From contig CAXXWQ010000002.1 in NCBI GenBank assembly GCA_963674945.2, positions 352,001 to 416,000 on the forward strand: a stretch of DNA of 64,000 nt, in the 5' to 3' direction. Source of the DNA: an uncultured Desulfosarcina sp. GTDB taxonomy: Bacteria; Desulfobacterota; Desulfobacteria; Desulfobacterales; Desulfosarcinaceae. Under the pieces are notes generated by a model. The model was not told where the DNA came from, did no database searches, and saw nothing but the letters and a program-made list of their open reading frames with translations. Within the stretch, counting starts at the first letter, position 1. Each line of letters begins with the position of its first letter. Below, piece after piece: positions 38,962 to 48,309 of the stretch. The translations under genes were made by a program, and so were the position numbers.

Positions 38962-39599
38962 ATAAAATTATTAACAGATATTTTGTTTTAGTTGTCCTTT
39001 TTATTATAACAGGCATAATAGTTAATTATTTATCTTATGATAAAGATGCTGATTATATAGAAATTGATAAGGTGATAAATAATATTCCCTTAGATATCGG
39101 AAATTGGAAAGGAAAAGATGTCAAATTAAAAGAGCAAATTTTTAAAATACTTGAAACAAGATCTATCATTCACCGGGTTTATTACACAGATGATAGCCAA
39201 CTCTTTCTTTCTATAGTCTATTATCCGAAAACCAAAGTGGATTTTCATGCACCTGAGGGTTGCCTGGCAGGGAAGGGAATTCAGTTAAGTAAAGTGACGA
39301 AGGATTTATATATTGATTATAATAACGAAAAGTTTAAAATAAGAACCAACCAGCTGTTAAGAAAATCTGATGAAACAGATGAATTGATTTACTATTTTTA
39401 TAAAGCCGGGGATTTTGTTGGAGAAAATTACATTAAATTACGATTTGCTCTTGCTTTGAATAAATTTGGCAGCCAGAAGAAAAGTGGTTCGCTTATCAGA
39501 GTATCCACACCTATTTTTCAGAATGACGAAAGAGATTCTCATAATCGTCTTGTTGAATTCATAGAAGATTTATATCCCTTTTTAATAAAATATTTATAA
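38958..39599 (+). CDS. epsI: Exosortase-associated EpsI-family protein
   Basis: P..IGNWKG, HAPEGCL..G, GSLIRVS; adjacent to exosortase. Confidence 0.85.
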   Translation: MNKIINRYFVLVVLFIITGIIVNYLSYDKDADYIEIDKVINNIPLDIGNWKGKDVKLKEQIFKILETRSIIHRVYYTDDSQLFLSIVYYPKTKVDFHAPEGCLAGKGIQLSKVTKDLYIDYNNEKFKIRTNQLLRKSDETDELIYYFYKAGDFVGENYIKLRFALALNKFGSQKKSGSLIRVSTPIFQNDERDSHNRLVEFIEDLYPFLIKYL

Positions 39600-39607
39600 A
39601 TTTAATT

Positions 39608-41146
39608 ATGATCTTAATCACTGAAGTAAACAATAAAAAGGAACTAATAGAATCTGAAGAAAGATGGAATAGGTTTTTATTAAAAACATCTTTCACAGCA
39701 CCTTATTATTGTTATAATTGGTATTGTTCAGCTTTAAAAACAATAGATAATAATAAAACTCCGCTATTATTGTTCTTTTCATTATTTGACCAGGACATTG
39801 CTTATGCACCATTAGTATATGAGGAAAAGAAAATAATGGGCATTACTTTTTTTTATATTAGCTTTATCCAAAATGCCTATACACCTTACCAAGGTATTGT
39901 TTACTTGGATTCATTTGAAGATGTGATTTTATCTCTAATTAAATATCTGGATAGAAAGTTTCATAAAAGATATGTTATTAACTTAAATGAAATGCGGTTA
40001 AATACAACAGAAAAGAAAATCTTTAATAATCTATTGAACAAAAAAGTCATTTATATAAATAAAGAAGAGGGAGAAAATAGCAGGTATTTAAAACTAAATA
40101 ATACCTTTCATGAAACATTAAAGCTTTTAAAAAAGAAAACACAAAAAGAATTCAAGCGAAAGATAAAAAGAATTTCCGAATTAGGAAATATTAATTTAAA
40201 GCAAATAAAGGGAAAAAAACTCGTATCGGAACATTTAGAAAAATTTTTTCAGCTATATGCTCTCACTTGGAAAGGTAAAGAACCATTTCCTGAGTTCTAC
40301 TTTAATATTTGTAAGAAGTTTGGCGAATCTGGGCAACTATATTTATTTTGTTTATATGTCTGTAATAGACCTGTTGCATATTTGATTAGCATTTTATGTG
40401 GAAAAAAATTATATGGTATAAAAACAACTTATGATCCTGCATTTTGTGCATTTTCACCAGGCGTTATATTATTTTATAAGTGTATTGAAGAATTATTCTC
40501 AATTGGGGGAGTTGAGGAATTTGACATAGGAAGAGGGAACGAGCAATTTAAACGTGAATGGACGAATTTATATCATGAACAAATTAGAATGGAACTTTTC
40601 CCTTGCACTCTTTTTTGGCGACTAATAAATCAAATGCGATTTTATATATTGCCATTTTTTAAAAAGAACAAAACCTTTACTAAACTATACGATTGTTTAA
40701 GAGTTCGTACCTTGAATTCATATACCGATAATAGCAGCATATGTACAGTAAAAGAACTTTCAGTATTAAGAAAAAGGTTTGAACTATATAAACTCCCAAC
40801 ACAAATATTAATAAACGATAAAATTTCGACCAAATACGCTGTGAAGAGTGACAAATATCATTTAGCTGTCGCTATGGGTTCTAAAAATATAGATGGAATA
40901 AGTAATCGACTGGAAAACAATAAATGTGTGTTGATGATAAAAGAGTCATGGGTGGTAGGATACTTTTGGCTTTCCTATTCAGATGATAGGGATGAAAATG
41001 GAAATCATGGACCTGGAATAAACATAAATGATTGGAATATTGCAGACTATCAAAATGATAAAAGCCTTTCTGAGATATGTATTAATAAATTATGTAAATT
41101 TTTAAAAGAAAATGAACCTCAAAACTCATATTTGGTACTTTACTAA
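39608..41146 (+). CDS. GNAT-family (CelD/BcsL-like) acyltransferase
   Basis: KTTYDP..FSPGVIL, FDIGRGNEQFKREW. Confidence 0.8.
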   Translation: MILITEVNNKKELIESEERWNRFLLKTSFTAPYYCYNWYCSALKTIDNNKTPLLLFFSLFDQDIAYAPLVYEEKKIMGITFFYISFIQNAYTPYQGIVYLDSFEDVILSLIKYLDRKFHKRYVINLNEMRLNTTEKKIFNNLLNKKVIYINKEEGENSRYLKLNNTFHETLKLLKKKTQKEFKRKIKRISELGNINLKQIKGKKLVSEHLEKFFQLYALTWKGKEPFPEFYFNICKKFGESGQLYLFCLYVCNRPVAYLISILCGKKLYGIKTTYDPAFCAFSPGVILFYKCIEELFSIGGVEEFDIGRGNEQFKREWTNLYHEQIRMELFPCTLFWRLINQMRFYILPFFKKNKTFTKLYDCLRVRTLNSYTDNSSICTVKELSVLRKRFELYKLPTQILINDKISTKYAVKSDKYHLAVAMGSKNIDGISNRLENNKCVLMIKESWVVGYFWLSYSDDRDENGNHGPGININDWNIADYQNDKSLSEICINKLCKFLKENEPQNSYLVLY

Positions 41147-42582
41147 TGATCATTTTAATTCGAGTAAATAGTGAAGAAACAATTAATAATCCGCCTTTAG
41201 GATTGTTATATGTTGGTGACGCCTTGAAAAAGGCCGGGTATGATGTGAAAGTATACCATGTCTCTGAAAATGATATTCTTTCTTTTACAGAAGAAATCAT
41301 TAGCCTGAATCCTTTATGGGTTGGTTTTTCCGTAAACACGGGTTGGTCAATGAGAGCCGCATTGAGATTGACCTCCATAATCAAGGATGCAGGGATCCCC
41401 ACCGTTTGGGGAAATGCGCACGCGTCCATTTTACCTCACCAATGTTTACTGGAAGTCGCAATAGATTTTGTGGTTATTGGTGAGGGAGAGGTTACCGCAG
41501 TGGAGCTTTCCAAGGCCATAGCAAAAAAGGCTGATTATCATGATATTAAGGGAATAGGTTTTAAGGAGAGCGGTGGTCGAATTATCATTACGAAGAGCAG
41601 GGAACTGATAGAAGATCTGGATCAATATGAAATGGACTGGACACTTCTGGATCCTGATGCTTATGTCTTTGAAGCACCACAATTCGGCATGAAGCGGGCA
41701 TTCCAGTTTATTACTTCCCGTGGATGCCCACATTCATGCGGGTTTTGTTTTAATCAAGAGTTTAACCGAGGCCGCTGGCGCGCCCACTCGGAACATTTTG
41801 TTATAGATAAAGTTCTGGCATTAAAAGAGAAACTCGGACTCGACGGTATCCGTTTCTGGGATGATAATTTCTTCACAAATAGAAAACGTGCATTTCGCAT
41901 CCTCGATGCTATTGGCCTACCATATACCTCCGAGATACGTGTGGACTATTTTAATGAAGAATTTGCCAAAAAACTTTCCGCATCAGGATGCAAAATGGTA
42001 CTTTTGGGACTTGAATCGGGAAGTGATCGGATACTTAAATTAATTAATAAGAATACCACTCGGAAGGCAAACTGGGAAGCTCTCAAACTCCTAAATCGTT
42101 ATCCGCAGATATCAATCCATCCGTCTGTTATTGTAGGGTTCCCGTCTGAAACGGAAGATGAATATAAAGAGACATTAGATATGTTTGCCGAAATGATTCG
42201 TACGCATCCTAATTTTTGGTTTGTCAGATTGGGTATCTGGGTACCATATCCTGGGTGTGATCTCTATAAAAGAGCTGTTGCAGATGGAATAAAGATGCCG
42301 GCCCGGATCGAGGAGTGGGATGATTTGCTTTTCGATACATCTAAATCAAAGTCCCTTGTATGTGTGGACTGGATTGCCGATAAGAGAGACATTGAGATTG
42401 ATGAAGAATATCTGGTTATGCTAAACAAAATGGTCCATTCTCGCATCCCTTACGGACCTTTAATACATTTGTTGCATTGGAGAATAAAAAATCGTTTTTA
42501 CGGGTTTCCTGTGGAAAAGACGATATTTCATATTGTAGGCTCTTTATTAAAAGGTATCCGTAAATTAGTTTCACGTTTTTGA
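41146..42582 (+). CDS. B12-binding radical SAM enzyme
   Basis: PPLGLLY, GEGE, TSRGCPHSCGFC, DDNF, GLESGS. Confidence 0.92.
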   Translation: MIILIRVNSEETINNPPLGLLYVGDALKKAGYDVKVYHVSENDILSFTEEIISLNPLWVGFSVNTGWSMRAALRLTSIIKDAGIPTVWGNAHASILPHQCLLEVAIDFVVIGEGEVTAVELSKAIAKKADYHDIKGIGFKESGGRIIITKSRELIEDLDQYEMDWTLLDPDAYVFEAPQFGMKRAFQFITSRGCPHSCGFCFNQEFNRGRWRAHSEHFVIDKVLALKEKLGLDGIRFWDDNFFTNRKRAFRILDAIGLPYTSEIRVDYFNEEFAKKLSASGCKMVLLGLESGSDRILKLINKNTTRKANWEALKLLNRYPQISIHPSVIVGFPSETEDEYKETLDMFAEMIRTHPNFWFVRLGIWVPYPGCDLYKRAVADGIKMPARIEEWDDLLFDTSKSKSLVCVDWIADKRDIEIDEEYLVMLNKMVHSRIPYGPLIHLLHWRIKNRFYGFPVEKTIFHIVGSLLKGIRKLVSRF

Positions 42583-43121
42583 AATTATGGGAGGATATCA
42601 TGCTATGCCAATTGAAAGGTATTGAAGAAGCGCTTGTTAATTTTTCGTTTTTTGACAGACTCAAAAGAAAAATTATATATTTACTATGTTTTATAAAATC
42701 CAAAATATATAAGGAAAACAGCACCTACTCTCAAAATACTAATAACATCTCTTCGATCAAAACGCCTTCACAAAATTGTGCCAATAAAATCATCCCATTA
42801 AACCTTAGGGCTGGTGAACTTGTAAAAGTAAAGTCGGTTGAAGAGATAAAAAGAACACTTGATCAAAATAATAAATATCAAGGGCTAGCATATACGCCGG
42901 TTATGTGGAAATTCTGCGGCGGCACATATACCGTCCTCAAAAAAGTAGAACTGGTATTTGATGAGCGAAAATGGAAGTTGTCAAAGGTAAAAAATATCGT
43001 GTTGCTTGATGGCGTGTTTTGCGATGGAGTCGGTGGTATCGAAAAAGCATGGGACGGTTGTGACCGGACATGTTTTATCTGGTGGAAAGAAGGATGGTTG
43101 GAAAGGCTTCAGGATAAGTAA
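42579..43121 (+). CDS. Conserved hypothetical Cys-containing protein
   Basis: LNLRAGELVKVKS..EI..TLD, MWKFCG, C-terminal GCDRTCFIWWKEGWLER. Confidence 0.7.
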   Translation: MKLWEDIMLCQLKGIEEALVNFSFFDRLKRKIIYLLCFIKSKIYKENSTYSQNTNNISSIKTPSQNCANKIIPLNLRAGELVKVKSVEEIKRTLDQNNKYQGLAYTPVMWKFCGGTYTVLKKVELVFDERKWKLSKVKNIVLLDGVFCDGVGGIEKAWDGCDRTCFIWWKEGWLERLQDK

Positions 43122-43127
43122 AAAGGC

Positions 43128-44039
43128 ATGAGAATATTTATCCAATATAGTTTGATTTTTTTGTGTATTGTGATTGTTTCAGGATGTTCAGCTCGGAAAA
43201 AAGTTGAAAAGAATCCACTAATTGACTCAATTATTTCAGAAGTGTCGACACAGAATATTAAATCTTCAATTACCGATCTGGTTGGGTTTGAAACCCGTTA
43301 TCCATACGATAAACAGATTAAATCCGCTGAATACATTTACGAGCGCTTATACCAATACCTTGATAAAGTTAATTACCACACGTATGAATACTGGGGTGTT
43401 GAATGGAAGAATGTAGTCGGTACCATTGAAGGGAATAAATATCCGGAACAGACTATCGTTGTCTGTGCACACTTTGATACTAAATCTGAGAAGCAGCTCG
43501 TCTATGCACCTGGTGCTGATGATAATGCAAGTGGCTGCGCTGGCGTAATTGAGCTTGCCCGAATCCTTTCAAAATATTCATTCGAAAAAACATTAAAATT
43601 CATTTTCTTTTCACGAGAGTCAACAGGACAAAATGGAAGTAACGCGTATGTTAAAAGCATTAACAGGGACAAGCTAAAAATCATTGCCGCGCTCAACATG
43701 GATATGATTGCCTATGGGCCGGCTGATGAGGATATCGATCTAGTAACGCGACCAGAGTATGCATGGCTTGCTGATACTGCTTTTTCCGTGAGCCGGGCAT
43801 ATGGGTTCAACGTGCGAAAAATAGTTAAAAAACAGTGTTACTGAGGAGATGAAGCTGCCTTCTGGTCAGAAGGTTATCCGGCACTGATCCTCATCGAAGA
43901 CTATCCGATAACTGAACACAACCCGAATCGGGATACGATAAATGATATCATATCCACCCTTAATTATGATCTTGCTGGAAGATCGACGAAAGTTGCGGCT
44001 ACTATTCTATGCTATCTTGCCGGGATAACAGAAAAATGA
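43128..44039 (+). CDS. M28 peptidase-like lipoprotein with in-frame TGA (candidate selenocysteine at codon 239)
   Basis: Lipobox VSGC; CAHFD, GADDNASG, NMDMI. The frame continues past TGA 43842-43844 as GDEAAFWSEGYPALILIED..NPNRDTIND..LNYD to TGA 44039. SECIS-like hairpin at 43857-43874. Confidence 0.75.
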
Positions 44040-44055
44040 CATATTACCTCAAACT

Positions 44056-45165
44056 ATGACGACGAAAGATAATACTGTTACATTAATGGCTGTTGGCGAT
44101 ATCATGCTTTCTGAAAACAGGGGAACAGGAAAAGCTATAAATCGTCATGGGCCTGAATATCCATTTTTAAAAATTAGAGAGTATCTTCAACAAGCGGATA
44201 TTCTTTTTGGGAATCTTGAAAGTCCTATCTCAAATAATGGAACCCCTTATCAAAAGCAAGATCCACATATGACATTTCGATCAAACCCCATATCTGTAAG
44301 GGGATTATCGTATTGTGGGTTCGGTGTATTATCACTTGCAAACAATCATACCCATGATTTTGGCAATGATGCGTTCTTTAATACCTTATCTATTTTAAAT
44401 GAAAATGAAATTAAATACGTGGGGGCTGGAATTGATGCTTTAACGGCACGAAGACCCGTGATGATTGATAGTTGTGGAATAAAAGTAGCATTTATAGCTT
44501 ATTCATGCTTCCTTAACCCGGCAACAAGGATTGCAAAAAAAAAACAAGGTGGAATAGCACATTTTAGAATAAAAGATGCTATAATAAATATTCAAAATAT
44601 TCGTACTAAAGCTGACGTTATTATAGTTTCAATGCACTGGGGACTTGATTTTTTGGAATACCCTATTCCGTTTCAGATGCAATATGCACGAGAAATGATT
44701 GATAACGGGGCGCATCTTATTATTGGCCACCATCCGCACTGCCTACAAGGAGTCGAAAAATACAAAAATGGAATCATTGTGTATAGCCTTGGAGACTTTA
44801 TTTTCGATGAACCCGATCAAGATACCTGTATTTTAAAATGCGCCATTTCAAAACAGGGTATTTACGATTTTGAAATAATTCCTGCTGTAATAACGAATAA
44901 TTTTCAGACTGAGATAGCTGTTGAAGACAGAGCAGAATATATTACAAGTAAAATTCTATCTCTTTCAAAAAAATATGAATGCATGAATTCAGATATTTCA
45001 AATGATATATTGAATAGATATATCTATATTAACTTATACGTATTCAAGCTGTCTTGGAATTTGGATGTATTGAAAAATTTGGGATCTTCATTTATAATAA
45101 GAAGGATCTTTCACCATTTATTTAAAAAGGTGATCAAATTCATTTTTCCCATTCTTAAAATTTAA
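44056..45165 (+). CDS. CapA/PGA_cap-family metallophosphoesterase-like protein
   Basis: GDIM, GNLE, LANNHTHD, MHWG, GHHPH, YSLG. Confidence 0.88.
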   Translation: MTTKDNTVTLMAVGDIMLSENRGTGKAINRHGPEYPFLKIREYLQQADILFGNLESPISNNGTPYQKQDPHMTFRSNPISVRGLSYCGFGVLSLANNHTHDFGNDAFFNTLSILNENEIKYVGAGIDALTARRPVMIDSCGIKVAFIAYSCFLNPATRIAKKKQGGIAHFRIKDAIINIQNIRTKADVIIVSMHWGLDFLEYPIPFQMQYAREMIDNGAHLIIGHHPHCLQGVEKYKNGIIVYSLGDFIFDEPDQDTCILKCAISKQGIYDFEIIPAVITNNFQTEIAVEDRAEYITSKILSLSKKYECMNSDISNDILNRYIYINLYVFKLSWNLDVLKNLGSSFIIRRIFHHLFKKVIKFIFPILKI

Positions 45166-45191
45166 AGGCAGTAGCTGATGAGGACTATTCT

Positions 45192-46367
45192 ATGAGTAAA
45201 GAAAATCCAGTTCTTATCTTAGGCCTTTATCAAGGTGGCTTAGACATTGCGCGTAGTCTTGGAAAAAAAGGAATAAAGGTTTTTGGCATTGACAATGCCG
45301 AAGAAATAATCGGATCTTTTTCAAAATGGATAACAAGGCTTCATGCGCCTAAAAAGAATGAAGAACTCAGGGATTATTTAATTGAGTTCTCAAAAAGGTG
45401 CAACTCGAAACCAGTGTTGTATACAACAAGTGATACTTACCTTGTACTGGTTTTAAAATATCATGATATATTGTCGAAATATTTTTGTTATCCTGATAAT
45501 TTTAATGTCGCAAAAAAACTTGTATCCAAAGTTGAAACAGCGAAGCTTTTTCAATATTTAAAAATAAATTGTCCTAAAACATATATTATAAAAAAGGGTT
45601 TTCAATCAATTCCGCAAATAAACGATATTAAATTTCCAGTCATATTAAAACCTGATTATCATGATCTTTGGCAGGAGGAAAAAAGCATAGTAGAGTATAT
45701 AGGTCGGGGGCAACGTGTTAAGATAATAAAAGATGGGAACGAACTTGAATCGGCTGTAAATATGCTGGGTTCGTTTAGTGATATGGTTCTTCAGGAGTGG
45801 ATACCAGGCCCCAGTAAGAATAGTTTTTACTATACTGGTTATAGATCTGAAAATAGTAGAACTACGATAGCATGTGTAGGACAAAAAATAAAAACGTATC
45901 CCAATGGTACGGGGTCGGAAGTTCTTTTGACAGCAGTTAACATTCCTGAGATTAAAAAACAGGGAAATGAGATTCTTGATAATCTTAATTATATAGGTCA
46001 TGCCGGGATCGATTTTAAATACGATGATTACGATAAGAGTTTTAATGTAATTGAAATAAACAGTCGTTTTGGAATTAATGACGGATTTTGTGTCGACTTT
46101 CCATATATATATTATCAAGATATGCTGGGAGTACTCACAGAACAGCAATGCAATTATCCTGACGGCATTACATGGTGTGATTTTGAGAAAAACATCGAGT
46201 GGATAATAGAATATGGGAAAATGAAAGATATATTTACCTTTTTTATATCAATGTTGAAAGGTTATGATAAATATGCATTGTTTGATTGGAAAGACATGAA
46301 TCCTTCAATGAAAGAATGGAAGAGTTTCTGTATAAGAGTTATTAAATATACTGGGGTATGCACTTGA
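45192..46367 (+). CDS. ATP-grasp carboxylate-amine ligase; last codons replaced by IS1595 sequence
   Basis: IARSLG, FPVILKP, LQEWIPG, IDFKYD, IEINSR. The reconstructed pre-insertion end is IKYILKS-stop. Confidence 0.82.
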   Translation: MSKENPVLILGLYQGGLDIARSLGKKGIKVFGIDNAEEIIGSFSKWITRLHAPKKNEELRDYLIEFSKRCNSKPVLYTTSDTYLVLVLKYHDILSKYFCYPDNFNVAKKLVSKVETAKLFQYLKINCPKTYIIKKGFQSIPQINDIKFPVILKPDYHDLWQEEKSIVEYIGRGQRVKIIKDGNELESAVNMLGSFSDMVLQEWIPGPSKNSFYYTGYRSENSRTTIACVGQKIKTYPNGTGSEVLLTAVNIPEIKKQGNEILDNLNYIGHAGIDFKYDDYDKSFNVIEINSRFGINDGFCVDFPYIYYQDMLGVLTEQQCNYPDGITWCDFEKNIEWIIEYGKMKDIFTFFISMLKGYDKYALFDWKDMNPSMKEWKSFCIRVIKYTGVCT

Positions 46368-47398
46368 CTCCAGTGGCCACAACATATAGTGTACCAGTCT
46401 ATGGAGGAAGATTACCCCAGAACGTTGATAGAATTTGAAAAACGATTTAGCTCTGAAGCTGGATGCACTGACTATTTGATGGCTCTTAGATGGCCCGAAG
46501 GCTTCCGTTGCCCTCATTGCGGTTCTGCATCCTCGTGGAGAACTAAACGATCCCAGTTTCATTGTACTGATTGTGGAAATCAATCTACGATAACTTCCGG
46601 TACAATTTTTCACGGCACCAGAAAGCCCTTGTCTCTTTGGTTTCGGGCTATGTGGCACATTACAGGTCAGAAGTACGGAGCTAATGCACTTGGGCTTCAG
46701 AGAGTACTTAACCTTGGGAGTTATAATACCGCCTGGCAATGGCTCCATAAACTTCGAAGAGCAATGGTTCGTCCAGGACGTGACCGATTGTCCGGGATTG
46801 TTGAAGTTGATGAAACCTATGTCGGTGGGAAAAAGTCTGGAAAACGCGGTCGGGGTGCTGAAGGTAAAGCTTTGGTCGGTATTGCCGTGGAGGATAAAGG
46901 CCGAAAAGGAATTGGGCGAATTAGACTCTGGCACCTCGAAGACGCATCGGGAGATAGTCTGACTCAATTTGTACAAGAAATCGCCCAGCCAGGCAGCACC
47001 ATCAGGACGGATGATTGGCCCGGCTATAGCAGCCTTGGCGATAAAGGATTTAAGCATATTGCGATTCCATCGCATGACTTGAAGATTGTACATTTGGTAG
47101 CGTCGCTCATGAAACGATGGTTACTTGGTACTTATCAAGGGGCGGTCAGACCGTCTCATTTGATGTACTATTTGGATGAATTCACATTCAGGTTCAACCG
47201 TAGAACATCAGTGTCTCGCGGAAAACTATTTTACAGGCTGGTCCAACAGGCCGTGATGGTGGACCCTGCCCCAGCTAGTACTCTTAAAGGTGCATCGTTA
47301 CCGTTTTTGGAAGGGGCAGCAAATTTAAATCTCGATCCAATTGACGATGACCTGGGCCACAACATATAGTATGTGCTGGATTTAAGTGCATACCCCAG
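46351..47398 (+). mobile_element. IS1595-family insertion sequence
   Basis: Perfect IR CTGGGGTATGCACTT / AAGTGCATACCCCAG; direct repeat TTAAATATA at 46342-46350 and 47399-47407. Confidence 0.92.
46401..47369 (+). CDS. IS1595-family transposase
   Basis: Zn ribbon CPHC/CTDC, VEVDETYVGG, TD, YLDEFTFRFNRR. Confidence 0.92.
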   Translation: MEEDYPRTLIEFEKRFSSEAGCTDYLMALRWPEGFRCPHCGSASSWRTKRSQFHCTDCGNQSTITSGTIFHGTRKPLSLWFRAMWHITGQKYGANALGLQRVLNLGSYNTAWQWLHKLRRAMVRPGRDRLSGIVEVDETYVGGKKSGKRGRGAEGKALVGIAVEDKGRKGIGRIRLWHLEDASGDSLTQFVQEIAQPGSTIRTDDWPGYSSLGDKGFKHIAIPSHDLKIVHLVASLMKRWLLGTYQGAVRPSHLMYYLDEFTFRFNRRTSVSRGKLFYRLVQQAVMVDPAPASTLKGASLPFLEGAANLNLDPIDDDLGHNI

Positions 47399-47643
47399 TT
47401 AAATATATTTTAAAAAGTTGATATATTATTTTTTTAATATAGAAAATATCTTGGAAAGATCTATATTAAATTACGTTTCGCATTGAGTGTAAACAAGTTT
47501 TCAAGAAGCGAAAAAAGAGTGATTCATTGATTTGAATATCAACAAATGTTAGAATGATAATTTTCAAACAGCGGATGAAGTTTTGAAAGAGCTTTTTGAA
47601 GGCTTATATCTATATTAATTATGTATTTGTTAAATTCAAGATA

Positions 47644-48201
47644 ATGATTCTAAATTCCTTATTTAATAAAAGTTATCAATATTTATTAAAGAACAAAAGA
47701 CAAAGATACATTTCCTCCTTAGTAAAAAAGGGTCTAAAATTAGGAAAGAATATATCAATTATAGAGGATTTTTTTTTTGATCCTTCTCACTGCTTTTTGA
47801 TTTCAATAGGCAGCAATACAACAATTTCTCCAAATGTCCGTTTGATTGCTCATGATGCAAGTACAAAAAAAATCCTTGGTTATACGAAGATTGGTAAAAT
47901 TGATATCGGTGAAAACTGTTTTCTTGGGGATTCAGTGATCGTTCTTCCAAAAGTAAAAATAGGTTCTAATTCTATTATTGGTTCCGGTTCTGTTGTGACA
48001 AAAGACATTCCTCCAAATTCTATTGTAGCGGGAAATCCTGCTAAGGTTATTTCTAATCTCGATGAATACAAAAACAAAATTAAAAATATAGCGGAAAACA
48101 AAAAAGTCTTTGACAAGGAATATCATATTGAAAAACTTGATAATGAGAAACGAAAAGAAATTATTCAGTCCATTGGAAACTCAATAGGCTTCATTGTATA
48201 A
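47644..48201 (+). CDS. Hexapeptide-repeat sugar O-acetyltransferase
   Basis: IAHDAS, IGSGSVVTKDIPPNSIVAGNPAK. Confidence 0.85.
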   Translation: MILNSLFNKSYQYLLKNKRQRYISSLVKKGLKLGKNISIIEDFFFDPSHCFLISIGSNTTISPNVRLIAHDASTKKILGYTKIGKIDIGENCFLGDSVIVLPKVKIGSNSIIGSGSVVTKDIPPNSIVAGNPAKVISNLDEYKNKIKNIAENKKVFDKEYHIEKLDNEKRKEIIQSIGNSIGFIV

Positions 48202-48309
48202 TTCAATCAGATAAAAACTTGAATGATAACTCATTGTTTCTATGTAATAAGGGCAAAAACAAATATTATACCGTAATTTGTATGAGTGGATTGAATTAAA
48301 GCCATTTAA

